The notes: a model not told the origin generated them from the sequence alone. Counted from the first letter of the stretch, positions 1 to 8,491 are shown. The stretch is DNA of 32,000 nucleotides from Candidatus Saccharimonadota bacterium (GCA_025349965.1 CP075337.1:30001-62000), one strand, 5' to 3'. A program made the numbers and translations.

Positions 1-267
1 ATCCTTTCTTATTTTTCTTTCGCTTTAGTAATAGTAGGGTATGTGGATAATGTGTAAAACTGTCGATTGTTCAGAGGTGAAAAGAGGGTTTTAAGCTGTG
101 TAAATACCTGGTGGAATTCTGCTGAAAAAATGAGGAATACTGTGTGGATATACCCAGCTTTCTTGAGCTTAGTGAGGTGCTGGCGTAGAGCTGGGGATGA
201 GTATCCACCTGTTTCTACAGTAGGTATACCCAAGTTGTACACATTTTTTATCCAGTTATAAACAGCC
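1..267. other. oriC: Putative oriC segment downstream of dnaA (toward an off-window dnaN): DnaA boxes, DnaA-trio-like triplets, AT-rich tract
   Basis: 267 bp with no credible CDS. Perfect DnaA box TGTGGATAA at 42-50. Degenerate boxes at 143-151 (TGTGGATAT), 201-209 (GTATCCACC) and 248-256 (TTATCCAGT). Triplets TAG TAA TAG TAG at 26-37. AT/pyrimidine-rich tract at 1-25. Confidence 0.6.
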
Positions 268-1740
268 CTATGCATAGAGGCGCTCCTTAATGGTTTCCAC
301 TTGCTGACGCAATACCTGGTCAAGTTTCATGGCCTTCTCAATCTTTTCAACAGAGTGGATAGCGGTTGTATGGTCTTTGCGGCCAAGTTCACCTGCGATC
401 TTAGGGAAACTTAAGTGAAGCTCGCTCCGTAAGAGGTACATAGCTATTTGGCGCGGAGTAACGATATGCTTGTCGCGCTTGCTACTGCAGATCTCCTCGA
501 CCTTTAACTGAAAGTGCTTAGCTGTTTTGTCTATAACCTGCTTACTTGTGATATGTTGCGGACGTGAACGACGCGCATTACCAAGAAGTCCTTCAGCGGT
601 TGCAATATCTGGTTCTGCACCATGAAGCTCAGCGTAGGCGAGGAGTTGATTGAGTACACCTTCAAGCTCACGAATATTCGTCTTGACGTTATTTGCAAGG
701 AATTCAACTGTTTCAGGGCTGAGGCTCACGCCGGAAAGTCCGGCCTTTGCATTAATGATGGCACAACGAGTTTCAAAGTCTGGCATTTGAATATCAATAC
801 TCATTCCCATCTCAAAGCGACTACGAAGACGTTCGGTGAGGGTTGGAATACTCTTTGGTGGTTTGTCGCTTGAGATAATAATCTGCTTATTGTTCTGATG
901 AAGGAAGTTGAAGGTGTGGAAGAATTCTTCCTGAGTCTTTTCCTTGTTAGCAATAAACTGCATGTCGTCAACAATCAATACGTCAACATTGCGGTACTTG
1001 TCCGAGAAGCCCTTTTTCTTAAAGCGAATATAGTCAAGGAACTCATTTACGAACGTTTCAGAGCTGATGTACATCACTCGAGCATCTGGCGAATTCTTAA
1101 GAATCTCATTGCCAATTGCCTGCATAAGGTGAGTTTTACCTAGACCAACGCCGCCGTAAAAATAGAGGGGGTTGTATTTTACGCCCGGGTTTACAGCAAC
1201 TGCTTGACTCGCAGAGTAGGCGAGGTCGTTACTGGAGCCAACAATGAAGTTGTCGAATGTGTAGCGGGGATTGAGATTTCCGCGCGCAGCAAGAGGGGAG
1301 ACTGCTGGCGTATGAACTTGATAGGCGGCCGCAGGGCTGGCGCTACTCATCGTACCGACGGTTGCAATGTGATTCGCGGAGGAGCGTGGGTCTTGAGGTT
1401 CAGTCATTTGCTGAGGAAAGGCGAGTGAAGTTTCCGTGGTTGTTTCACGGCTAATGCGAGGGCGTTTACTGCTAGAGGGGATAGTGAATGTAAGCTTAGG
1501 GGCGTTGACACCATTCTTGGTAAGGAGCTCACGAAGAGTGGGGTTGAGTTTTGTTTCGAACTGGCGACGGATGAAAACATTCGGCACTTCAAGTACGGCC
1601 TCTTCGTCATTAAATTGCACCAAAGTTGTCTTTTCCCAGAACACTTTATAGTTAGGCCCCGATTTTAGCTCCATTTCTCCGGCAATGCTATGCCAAATTG
1701 AGCGTGCATCTTGCTGCATGAATCCCCTCACTTCACTCAT
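268..1740 (-). CDS. dnaA: Chromosomal replication initiator protein DnaA
   Basis: AAA+ Walker A GGVGLGKTHL, Walker B LIVDDMQF, and C-terminal DNA-binding helix region (RDKHIVTPRQIAMYLLRSEL...GRKDHTTAIHS). The stop at 268 is firm. The start is uncertain: the ORF opens at 1797, ATG 1740 is preceded by AATACT-N8, and ATG 1719 is preceded by the SD-like GAGGGGATTC. Confidence 0.95.
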   Translation of the reverse strand: MSEVRGFMQQDARSIWHSIAGEMELKSGPNYKVFWEKTTLVQFNDEEAVLEVPNVFIRRQFETKLNPTLRELLTKNGVNAPKLTFTIPSSSKRPRISRETTTETSLAFPQQMTEPQDPRSSANHIATVGTMSSASPAAAYQVHTPAVSPLAARGNLNPRYTFDNFIVGSSNDLAYSASQAVAVNPGVKYNPLYFYGGVGLGKTHLMQAIGNEILKNSPDARVMYISSETFVNEFLDYIRFKKKGFSDKYRNVDVLIVDDMQFIANKEKTQEEFFHTFNFLHQNNKQIIISSDKPPKSIPTLTERLRSRFEMGMSIDIQMPDFETRCAIINAKAGLSGVSLSPETVEFLANNVKTNIRELEGVLNQLLAYAELHGAEPDIATAEGLLGNARRSRPQHITSKQVIDKTAKHFQLKVEEICSSKRDKHIVTPRQIAMYLLRSELHLSFPKIAGELGRKDHTTAIHSVEKIEKAMKLDQVLRQQVETIKERLYA

Positions 1741-1797
1741 TGTTAGATAGTATTGAGTACTGCTACCACTATACGCCGAGACGATACTTTTCCACAA

Positions 1798-1997
1798 CCA
1801 TAAAAGGGTTATTTATGTAGTTGAAGTATAAAAGAGGACTTATCCACAATTCGGTATTACCTCTATGAAATTGTGGATAACCTATGCTGATTTGGGGATA
1901 ACCTCTATTGCCAGGCAATGTAATGGAATTAAAATCAAACGTTGTATTTTGCGGCACGATTGATTTATAGGGGTAAATAGTGTATACTAACGAAGAT
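1798..1997. other. dnaA-rpmH divergent intergenic region with a second DnaA-box cluster (autoregulation and/or second oriC half)
   Basis: Perfect boxes TTATCCACA at 1840-1848 and TGTGGATAA at 1872-1880 (inverted orientation), plus TGGGGATAA at 1893-1901. AT-rich stretch at 1800-1836. A minus-strand TATACT lies at 1830-1825. Confidence 0.6.
1960..1988 (+). promoter_or_regulatory. Sigma70-like promoter of rpmH (TTGATT-N17-TATACT)
   Basis: TTGATT at 1960-1965, a 17-nt spacer, and TATACT at 1983-1988. The ATG at 1998 is only 9 nt after the -10 and no SD lies between them. Confidence 0.55.
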
Positions 1998-2135
1998 ATG
2001 CCAAAACGAACCTATCAACCACACACCCGTCACCGTGCTCGTACACACGGATTCCGCGCTCGTATTTCTACAAAGGGCGGACGTGCTGTGCTTAAGCGCC
2101 GCCGCCTAAAGGGTCGCGCACGCTTGACGGTCTAA
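1998..2135 (+). CDS. rpmH: 50S ribosomal protein L34 (45 aa; too short for the supplied ORF track)
   Basis: My translation is [45 protein letters not shown], a typical L34 sequence. It sits in the canonical position upstream of rnpA. Confidence 0.95.
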   Translation: MPKRTYQPHTRHRARTHGFRARISTKGGRAVLKRRRLKGRARLTV

Positions 2136-2140
2136 AAGAA

Positions 2141-2172
2141 AATACTCTTGGAAAAGCCAAGAGTATTTTTTT
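2141..2172 (+). terminator. Rho-independent terminator after rpmH
   Basis: Perfect 11-bp stem AATACTCTTGG (2141-2151) / CCAAGAGTATT (2157-2167), a 5-nt loop, and a T-run extending to 2172. Confidence 0.75.
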
Positions 2173-2176
2173 ACGG

Positions 2177-2182
2177 TATACT
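2177..2182 (+). promoter_or_regulatory. -10-like hexamer TATACT 7 nt upstream of the rnpA ATG
   Basis: GGTATACT followed by aaataga and then ATG at 2190. No SD is present. It lies directly after the rpmH terminator. Confidence 0.45.
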
Positions 2183-2189
2183 AAATAGA

Positions 2190-2570
2190 ATGATTGCTGG
2201 AAAATTTCGTTTTCATGGCCATGGGAGCCTCCGTTATGTGTATGCAAACGGCAAGGCTGCGCGCTCGCATTATGCAACGGTGAAGTATGTACAAAACAGT
2301 CGCCGTAAGTTTAGCCGTTTCTCGGTAGTAATTAGTAAGAAGGTTCTAAAATCTGCTGTTGGGCGCAATAGGGTCCGCCGACGTATATATGAGTATGTAC
2401 GGACAAACATGCATAGAATGACAGATATTTATGATGTTGTGATTATCTGTACTTCAAGTGAACTTCGCTCTATGCCGTACGATCAGTTTACTGAGCAACT
2501 TGAGCAACTATTTGAGAAATCGGAGTTATTCCCAGTAACACAAGCTGCGGATAAAACTGTGGAATACTAG
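2190..2570 (+). CDS. rnpA: Ribonuclease P protein component
   Basis: RNase P protein motif VVISKKVLKSAVGRNRVRRRIYE, in the rpmH-rnpA-yidC context. The ORF-track start at 2148 lies inside the rpmH terminator hairpin, so ATG 2190 is preferred. Confidence 0.85.
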   Translation: MIAGKFRFHGHGSLRYVYANGKAARSHYATVKYVQNSRRKFSRFSVVISKKVLKSAVGRNRVRRRIYEYVRTNMHRMTDIYDVVIICTSSELRSMPYDQFTEQLEQLFEKSELFPVTQAADKTVEY

Positions 2571-2590
2571 AAAAGTACCTCATATAACTG

Positions 2591-2596
2591 TATACT
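2591..2596 (+). promoter_or_regulatory. -10-like hexamer TATACT upstream of yidC (short leader with SD)
   Basis: TGTATACT at 2589-2596, GAGG at about 2610-2613, and a GTG start at 2626. Confidence 0.4.
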
Positions 2597-2625
2597 AGAC
2601 AAAGTAGTAGAGGTAATTTTTTAAC

Positions 2626-3603
2626 GTGAATATTTTTGAACTTTTTATTGTACAACCAATCTTTAACTTGCTTTTAGCTATTTATAGTGTTGTTCCTTTT
2701 GCCGACTTTGGTATTGCGGTAATTCTCTTCACTATTCTTGTGCGCTTTGCTTTATGGCCACTTGTTGTGAAGCAGCTTCACCAAGTCAAGGCGATGCGTA
2801 AGCTGCAGCCAGAACTCGCGCGTATCAAGAAGGCGAGTAAGGGTAACCGTCAACTTGAAGGCGTGCAAATGCTTGAGCTCTATCGTAAGCACGGTGTAAA
2901 ACCATTTCGTTCAATCCTTATTCTGCTTATTCAGCTTCCGATTTTCATCGCTCTCTTTAGGGTTATTCAAATCTTTACCACTCACCGTGACCAGATTCAG
3001 CAATTTACTTACAGTTTCATGCAGTCACTTGAGCCAGTTCGTCAGCTTGTGGCTGAGCCGGATAGTTTCAATAAGTTATTCCTTGGAGTTGTTGATATTA
3101 CCTCGACCGCAATTAGTTCACAGGGTGTAAATATCTTCCTTATCCTTTTAGCTGTTGCTGCGGCATATACACAGTATATTATTTCAAAACAGACCTCCCC
3201 TCAGTCAAGTAATAAGCGTCTTCGCGACGTACTCGCGGAAGCGGGTGAGGGTAAGCAGCCAGACCAAGCCGAACTCAATGCGGTTATGGCAAGTAAAATG
3301 ATTAAATTCCTTCCATTTATGATGTTCTTTATTATGATGAGCCTCCCTGGTGCGATTGGTCTCTATTATGTAACGTCAAACCTTTTTGCGGCAATCCAGC
3401 AACACTTCCTACTCAAACGAGATGTTGAGGAGATGGAAGAACTTGCCGATAAGCAGATTAAGAAGGAAGGTAAGAAAGCAACTGCAAAGGCGCGCGCAAA
3501 GCAGGCGCGTGAGGCAGCAGTTGTAAAGAGTGGTAAAAAGAGCGAGACGAAGGTCACTCGAATTACTGCGAAGGATACTCCGCGTAAATCAAAGGAAGGG
3601 TAG
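2626..3603 (+). CDS. yidC: Membrane protein insertase YidC (short, Gram-positive/Oxa1-like form with a polybasic C-tail)
   Basis: Conserved core (LWPLVVKQLHQVKAMRKLQPELARIKK...LPIFIALF...PGAIGLYYVTSNLFAAIQQ). GTG start. The C-terminal roughly 55 aa are K/R-rich. Confidence 0.9.
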   Translation: MNIFELFIVQPIFNLLLAIYSVVPFADFGIAVILFTILVRFALWPLVVKQLHQVKAMRKLQPELARIKKASKGNRQLEGVQMLELYRKHGVKPFRSILILLIQLPIFIALFRVIQIFTTHRDQIQQFTYSFMQSLEPVRQLVAEPDSFNKLFLGVVDITSTAISSQGVNIFLILLAVAAAYTQYIISKQTSPQSSNKRLRDVLAEAGEGKQPDQAELNAVMASKMIKFLPFMMFFIMMSLPGAIGLYYVTSNLFAAIQQHFLLKRDVEEMEELADKQIKKEGKKATAKARAKQAREAAVVKSGKKSETKVTRITAKDTPRKSKEG

Positions 3604-3606
3604 ATA

Positions 3607-4062
3607 ATGAACACTGAAGCGTCACTCGAATTTATTAAAAAATACACAGCGGACGTTCTTAGTTTCTTTGGTGAAAACGTGGAGGCTGAAGTGTCTTTGC
3701 GCGATGACGTGATTGAAGTATCTATTCCTGCCACCTCGAGTAATAGCCTTCTTATTGGACGTAACGCGGATACGTTACGGAGCTTGCAGTTCATCCTTTC
3801 TACAGTGCTTCGCAATAGTAACGCAGCAATTCAACGAGTAAATCTTGATATTGCTGACTATAAAAAGCAACGTGCTGAGCGTCTTGCTGAAAAGGTTCGC
3901 GAGTGGGTAGAAGAGGTACGCACTACTGGTATTGCCCGTACAGAATCACTGAATGCGGCGGATCGGCGTATTGTGCACCATGTCGTTTCTGAGTTTAGCG
4001 ATATGAAGACGACCTCCCGGGGTGAGGGGCGAGACCGTACGATTACCATCTCGGTAGCATAG
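3607..4062 (+). CDS. jag: Jag/KhpB-type RNA-binding protein (KH + R3H domains, no long N-terminal Jag_N)
   Basis: R3H-like region LNAADRRIVHHVVSEF...TTSRGEGRDRTITI. SD GGAAGGG upstream. Canonical position after yidC. Confidence 0.8.
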   Translation: MNTEASLEFIKKYTADVLSFFGENVEAEVSLRDDVIEVSIPATSSNSLLIGRNADTLRSLQFILSTVLRNSNAAIQRVNLDIADYKKQRAERLAEKVREWVEEVRTTGIARTESLNAADRRIVHHVVSEFSDMKTTSRGEGRDRTITISVA

Positions 4063-4070
4063 AAGAGTAT

Positions 4071-4100
4071 AAATCCCTCAAATGAGGGATTTATTTTTCT
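4071..4100 (+). terminator. Rho-independent terminator after jag (overlaps the stop of the convergent GT4 gene)
   Basis: Stem AAATCCCT (4071-4078) / AGGGATTT (4085-4092) with a T-rich tail ATTTTTCT. Confidence 0.65.
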
Positions 4101-5185
4101 CGTAAAACTTTCTCGTAGACGGCGTGTGTTTCTTTTGCCATCTTATACCAAGAGTATTTTTTAAGTTGTTTTTGACCCTCTTTTATGAGATGGTTTCGCA
4201 GTGTTTCATCTGAAAGTACGTCATCAATTGCTCGGGCGATATCGCTTGTATCAGTAGGGGTGAAGTAGTGAGCTGCTTTGCCGTATACCTCCGGAAGGCA
4301 GGTGGCATCGCTACTAATAACGGGGAGTTTGTGACTCATGGCTTCGAGGCCGGGGAGACCAAACCCTTCCATAAGAGAAGGGAAGACGTATACTTCGGCA
4401 TTAGTATAGAGCCAGCTGAGTTGTGTATCGGGAATGAAGTCAGTGAAGTGGATGTCTTTATATTTTTGTGTCGCAAAATATTCCTCGTTCGTGAGAGCGG
4501 CGGCGTTCTTTTTACCTGCAAGCACGAGTCCGAGGTTTGGATATTTAGCCTTTAAGAGTTGATGCGCGTCGCCAAGCCGTTTGATATTCTTGTAGTCAGA
4601 TTGTTGACCAACGTATAAAATGTATTTTTTAAATGGTAATGGAATCTTCTTAGGTGTTGTTGTATCTACATCAGACGCTTCATAGATAACACTGATTTTC
4701 TTGTCATCTACAGAGGTGAGGTTCTTAATTTCTTGCCGTGTAAAATCACTCACGGCAATAATATGATTATTTGAGTTTAAGGCATGTTTGAAGGCAAATT
4801 TACCTATCTTTTGCTTAGCGTGGAATACAAGCCAGTTTTTATCTGAGTTGTACGTCTTGAGAAGCGTGAGGTCGTGGAAAGTGGTTACTTTCTTGCCGGT
4901 ATACCAAAGTGGTTGTTGCGGCATGCAGAAGTGGACGAGATCTGGCTTTAAATCATCAAGTAGTTTCTTGAGGCCAATTTGCTCACTAAAGGAATAATTA
5001 TCAAACTCTGCAATATGGATAGTGAAATTGGGGTTGGTTGGTGTCCAGAAGTCACGATCCTTTGCTCGCACGAGAATAGAGTATTGGTTTTTAGAGTCTA
5101 CTTTTTGAAGGTATGTAATAAGCCGCTCAACGTACCGTCCGGTACTTGAGTTTATAATACGGGCATCAATTGCAATATGTGCCAT
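4091..5185 (-). CDS. Glycosyltransferase, GT-B fold, family 4-like
   Basis: C-terminal GT1/GT4 motif FPSLMEGFGLPGLEAMSHKLPVISSDATCLPEVYG. The ATG overlaps the stop of the upstream GtrA gene. Confidence 0.85.
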   Translation of the reverse strand: MAHIAIDARIINSSTGRYVERLITYLQKVDSKNQYSILVRAKDRDFWTPTNPNFTIHIAEFDNYSFSEQIGLKKLLDDLKPDLVHFCMPQQPLWYTGKKVTTFHDLTLLKTYNSDKNWLVFHAKQKIGKFAFKHALNSNNHIIAVSDFTRQEIKNLTSVDDKKISVIYEASDVDTTTPKKIPLPFKKYILYVGQQSDYKNIKRLGDAHQLLKAKYPNLGLVLAGKKNAAALTNEEYFATQKYKDIHFTDFIPDTQLSWLYTNAEVYVFPSLMEGFGLPGLEAMSHKLPVISSDATCLPEVYGKAAHYFTPTDTSDIARAIDDVLSDETLRNHLIKEGQKQLKKYSWYKMAKETHAVYEKVLREK

Positions 5186-5616
5186 TACTTCCCTACCTTT
5201 TCTTCGGCTTTAAATACAAGGCGACTGTAGAGGATGTAATTCCAGACCATTGAGGCTGCGGTTGCAATTACCTTTGCAATAAAGAGCGTAAATTGCTCGT
5301 TTGATGAATGGTCTGACAGGAATTCTGTAGAAAGCCAGATAATGAGTGGCTGGAGGAGCCAGAGTCCACTTAGGGTGATGACGGAGAACGCAATAAATTG
5401 TTTTTTAACATTCTTGTCAGTGTTTTTGAATGTAAATTTTTTATTTGCAAAAAAACTAAAAGCAAAAGCTACGCCCGTTGAAATGGTATTAGCGACAATT
5501 TTGTTAACCCCAATGTTTGTAAGGAGGAAAAGAATGGCGAAGTCGAGAACCGTATTTGTTCCGCCAACAATGAGAAAGCGAATCTTAGTTTCGTGCTTTT
5601 TTAGTAGCTTTTCCAT
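5185..5616 (-). CDS. GtrA-family small membrane protein (putative polyprenyl-phosphate-sugar flippase)
   Basis: 143 aa with four hydrophobic segments. N-terminal FLIVGGTNTVLDFAILFLL is typical of GtrA-like proteins. SD GAGGAG-N7-ATG. Confidence 0.8.
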   Translation of the reverse strand: MEKLLKKHETKIRFLIVGGTNTVLDFAILFLLTNIGVNKIVANTISTGVAFAFSFFANKKFTFKNTDKNVKKQFIAFSVITLSGLWLLQPLIIWLSTEFLSDHSSNEQFTLFIAKVIATAASMVWNYILYSRLVFKAEEKVGK

Positions 5617-6538
5617 TGTGATACTCCTCTACTAGATAAAGCGGGCGATATTTTGTTTCGTTGAAGATACGGCCGATATACTCGCCAATGATACCGAGTG
5701 ATAGCAACTGTACTCCGCCGAGGAAGAGAATAACCGCCATCATTGACGGGTAGCCAGCGAGGTCGGTGCCAAAGAAAGTGGTACGGATAACGAGAAAGAG
5801 GAGATAAAGGAAAGCGAATACGGAAACGATAACACCTAATACGGTTGAAATGCGCAGTGGCGCAGTGGTGAATGAGGTAATGCCATCAATTGCGAGATTA
5901 ATAAGCTTAACGTAGTTCCATTTTGTTTCGCCTGCGGCACGAGGATCGCGGTCGTAGAGGATTTCTTTCTTGTTAAACCCTACCCAGCTAAACATAGCCT
6001 TGGTGTTGCGTTGTGATTCGCGGAAAAGCTTCAGTGCTTCCACGACACGACGGTCAAGGAGGCGGAAGTCTCCAGTATCTTCCTGAATAGGGATATTTGT
6101 CACTTTTTGGAGTGACTTGTAGTACAGCTTCGAAGTAGTTTTCTTAAACCAAGTCTCCCCTTCGCGGCTGCGGCGTTTTGCGTAAACATCATCGTAGCCC
6201 TCTTCCCATAACTTGATCATATCTGGAATGAGTTCAGGTGGGTCTTGAAGGTCCGCATCGATAATAACCGTTGCATCACCACGCACGTGGTCGAGTCCCG
6301 CAATCATAGCAATTTCTTTGCCGAAGTTGCGAGAGAAATTTACGTATGAAACCCGGGTGTCTTTCTCTGCGTAGTCTTTGATGATTTCTAACGTTTTATC
6401 TCGGCTGCCATCATTTACGAAAAAGAACTCAAAGTCATATTCCTTTTCTTGATTAGCGAGTTTTGAGAGCCGAATGAAAAGCTTATCAAGTACCGCTTCT
6501 TCGTTGTATGCCGGGATGAGGATAGAAATTGTTTTCAT
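5585..6538 (-). CDS. GT2 polyprenyl-phosphate glycosyltransferase (GtrB/Dpm1/Ppm1-like)
   Basis: ILIPAYNEE, FVNDGSRDKT, DADLQDPPE, and two C-terminal TM helices. This is the typical GtrB/ArnC/DPM architecture. Confidence 0.9.
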   Translation of the reverse strand: MKTISILIPAYNEEAVLDKLFIRLSKLANQEKEYDFEFFFVNDGSRDKTLEIIKDYAEKDTRVSYVNFSRNFGKEIAMIAGLDHVRGDATVIIDADLQDPPELIPDMIKLWEEGYDDVYAKRRSREGETWFKKTTSKLYYKSLQKVTNIPIQEDTGDFRLLDRRVVEALKLFRESQRNTKAMFSWVGFNKKEILYDRDPRAAGETKWNYVKLINLAIDGITSFTTAPLRISTVLGVIVSVFAFLYLLFLVIRTTFFGTDLAGYPSMMAVILFLGGVQLLSLGIIGEYIGRIFNETKYRPLYLVEEYHNGKATKKARN

Positions 6539-6546
6539 TATGTCTC

Positions 6547-6552
6547 AGTATA
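6547..6552 (-). promoter_or_regulatory. -10-like TATACT (minus strand) 8 nt upstream of the GT2 ATG, directly after the sucD stop
   Basis: The minus strand reads TGA-TATACT-gagacata-ATG(6538) with no SD. Confidence 0.4.
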
Positions 6553-7410
6553 TCACTTTACGAGGGCGACGAGCTCTGTGATGCTATCGGCGACAGTAAT
6601 ACCTTGCCGCTTAAGATAGTGGGTCTTTACACTTGCTGACTCGCTATCGCTTCCAAGGATGGCGCCGGCATGGCCTAGTTGTACACCCGCAGGCGCAGCG
6701 TGCCCTGCGATGTAACCGTAAACCGGCTTTGTGACATGTGTTTTAATGTAGTTCGCAGCTGTCTGCTCGTCGGTACCACCAATTTCACCAATCATAACAA
6801 TAGAGGTAACGTCTGGATCATTTTCAAATAGTGAAAGGCAATCAATAAAGTTTGTGCCACGAATAGGGTCACCACCAATACCAATAACGTATTTCTGGCC
6901 AATACCCCGCTCCGTAAGTCCAGCCATTGTTTCATAGGTAAGTGTGCCGCTGCGGCTGACAATACCAGCGTTACCAGTAAGCCCCATGGCGTGAGGGATA
7001 ATTCCAAAACGTTGCTTACCCGGGATGAGCACTCCTGGTGAGTTAGGGCCAACTAACTGAGGGGCATTTTCGCCCAGTGCTTTGAGTTTCTTTTTAATAA
7101 AAAGCATGTCGTGAATAGGCACGCCTTCCGTAATGCAGATAATAAGCGGAATATCAGCCTCTATTGCTTCAAGGATGGCGCCCTTTGTCTGCGCTGCGGG
7201 GACAAAAATAACCGAGGCATCAACAGTGAAGTCCTGAAGAATATCTTTTATAGAGCTATACACGGGAACCTCTTCAATAGTAGAACCTGCTTTAGACGGG
7301 GATGTCCCGGCAACTATATTAGTGCCGGCTTCTATCATTGCTTTAGTGTGAAACTGGCCCTGTGAACCAGTGATACCTTGCACGATGACATTTTGGATGG
7401 AATTAAACAT
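6553..7410 (-). CDS. sucD: Succinyl-CoA synthetase (ADP-forming NDP-forming acyl-CoA synthetase) alpha subunit
   Basis: QGITGSQG CoA-binding motif, SRSGTLTYE, and the phosphohistidine loop GHAGAI. ATG 7410 is preceded by a perfect AAGGAG-N7; the track start at 7416 is TTG. Confidence 0.92.
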   Translation of the reverse strand: MFNSIQNVIVQGITGSQGQFHTKAMIEAGTNIVAGTSPSKAGSTIEEVPVYSSIKDILQDFTVDASVIFVPAAQTKGAILEAIEADIPLIICITEGVPIHDMLFIKKKLKALGENAPQLVGPNSPGVLIPGKQRFGIIPHAMGLTGNAGIVSRSGTLTYETMAGLTERGIGQKYVIGIGGDPIRGTNFIDCLSLFENDPDVTSIVMIGEIGGTDEQTAANYIKTHVTKPVYGYIAGHAAPAGVQLGHAGAILGSDSESASVKTHYLKRQGITVADSITELVALVK

Positions 7411-8485
7411 GAGCAATCTCCTTTTTAGCGGCCGCTAGACAGTCATTTAGTGTAGGGAGGAGCGGAATGTTTTCAGCGTCTAGGAGGGCCTTCGCTTCGA
7501 GGTAGTTAGTTCCCGCGAGACGAATAAAAAGCGGTGGAAGATGGGTGAGCTGACTTTTGGCTGTGATAATTGCTTTTGCTACTTCATCGCAACGAGTAAT
7601 GCCGGCGAAAATATTAATAACAATTGCTTGGACATTTTTATATTCAAGTATGGATTTGAATGCCTCGAGAACGCTTTCGGCCGATGCCCCGCCACCAATG
7701 TCGAGGAAGTTTGCTGGAGTAAGGCCTGAGGCTGACACTGCGTCAACCGTTGCCATGGCGAGACCGGCACCATTGGCGATTGTTGCTACTTGTCCATCGC
7801 TATTGAGTGTTACGAAATTAGATTCTGCTTGCCCCGCTTCAAATGACCACTCTGGGTGGCGGAAAGCGGCAGAATCATCAAGCGTCATCTTGCAATCTCC
7901 GGCCACAAGCTCACCTTCTTTGGTGAGAATAAGTGGGTTAATTTCAATAAGTGTCGCGTCATTTTCTACAAAGCACGAGTAAAGGTTTTTAAGCATTTCT
8001 TGAAGTGCAAAACTGTGCGATTCGAGGTCGTAAAATTCAGCGAGTGCTTCACCCTGGGCGAGCGTTGGTGCTTCTGAGAGTGAGAAACGAAAGAAGCTCT
8101 CCGCAGCATTTTCTTCTATCTCTACGCCACCATTTTGGTGGGCGAGAAGTTCGATTGATTCCGATGAGCGGTCAATTCGGAGAGAGAGGTATAACTCACG
8201 GTCAATATTTAAAGCCTCTTCTATAAGGAGTGTTGAAGGAGTGAAGTTCTTAATGGAAAGCTTTGAGATGGTGTTTGAGTAGGCTGTGAATTCTTCTTGA
8301 GTTGATGCGAGTTTAATACCACCAAGTTTGCCGCGACCGCCAGTAGGGACTTGAGACTTGATGACAACAGGGAGGGGAAGTTCTACTGTTTGTGGTGCTA
8401 TTTTTACGGAAGCAGTATACCCCTTTGGTGTTGGAGTTGAAGAGTCTTTTAGGATTTTCTTTGCTTCATATTCAAGGAGGATCAT
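7403..8485 (-). CDS. sucC: Succinyl-CoA synthetase beta subunit (ATP-grasp)
   Basis: Colinear with SucC: LLEYEAKKIL, GGRGKLGGIK, IEINPL, NGAGLAMATVD, ANFLDIGGGA, NIFAGITRCD. ATG 8485 (MILLEYEAK) is preferred over 8536 because TACAAT lies 6 nt upstream of it. Confidence 0.9.
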   Translation of the reverse strand: MILLEYEAKKILKDSSTPTPKGYTASVKIAPQTVELPLPVVIKSQVPTGGRGKLGGIKLASTQEEFTAYSNTISKLSIKNFTPSTLLIEEALNIDRELYLSLRIDRSSESIELLAHQNGGVEIEENAAESFFRFSLSEAPTLAQGEALAEFYDLESHSFALQEMLKNLYSCFVENDATLIEINPLILTKEGELVAGDCKMTLDDSAAFRHPEWSFEAGQAESNFVTLNSDGQVATIANGAGLAMATVDAVSASGLTPANFLDIGGGASAESVLEAFKSILEYKNVQAIVINIFAGITRCDEVAKAIITAKSQLTHLPPLFIRLAGTNYLEAKALLDAENIPLLPTLNDCLAAAKKEIAHV

Positions 8486-8491
8486 ATGCTT

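Noticed and set aside
9-323. A 104-aa ORF (-) and the 64-aa ORF at 67-261 (+) in the left-end region
   Set aside because: They overlap the dnaA 3' end and the DnaA-box cluster. They have no recognisable domain, odd composition and no start-site signal. The region is better explained as non-coding origin DNA.
1741-1797. N-terminal extensions of the longest ORFs (dnaA to 1797; rnpA 2148-2189; sucC 8486-8536; hypothetical protein 24663-24695; PGT 31586-31633; sucD TTG at 7416; SDR TTG at 13013)
   Set aside because: The extensions run into a terminator hairpin (rnpA) or a promoter-like hexamer, or they add non-conserved residues ahead of well-known N-termini. Downstream starts have either a -10-like hexamer at 6-9 nt or a canonical SD. 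For dnaA the choice among 1797, 1740 and 1719 stays open.
3366-3815. A 149-aa ORF antisense to yidC/jag. Similar long antisense ORFs occur at 7557-7982 (+, in sucC), 27248-27688 (-, in the HAD gene) and 10481-10828 (-, in wzm).
   Set aside because: These are shadow ORFs opposite strongly supported CDSs. They show no domain signatures and have low-complexity, atypical composition.
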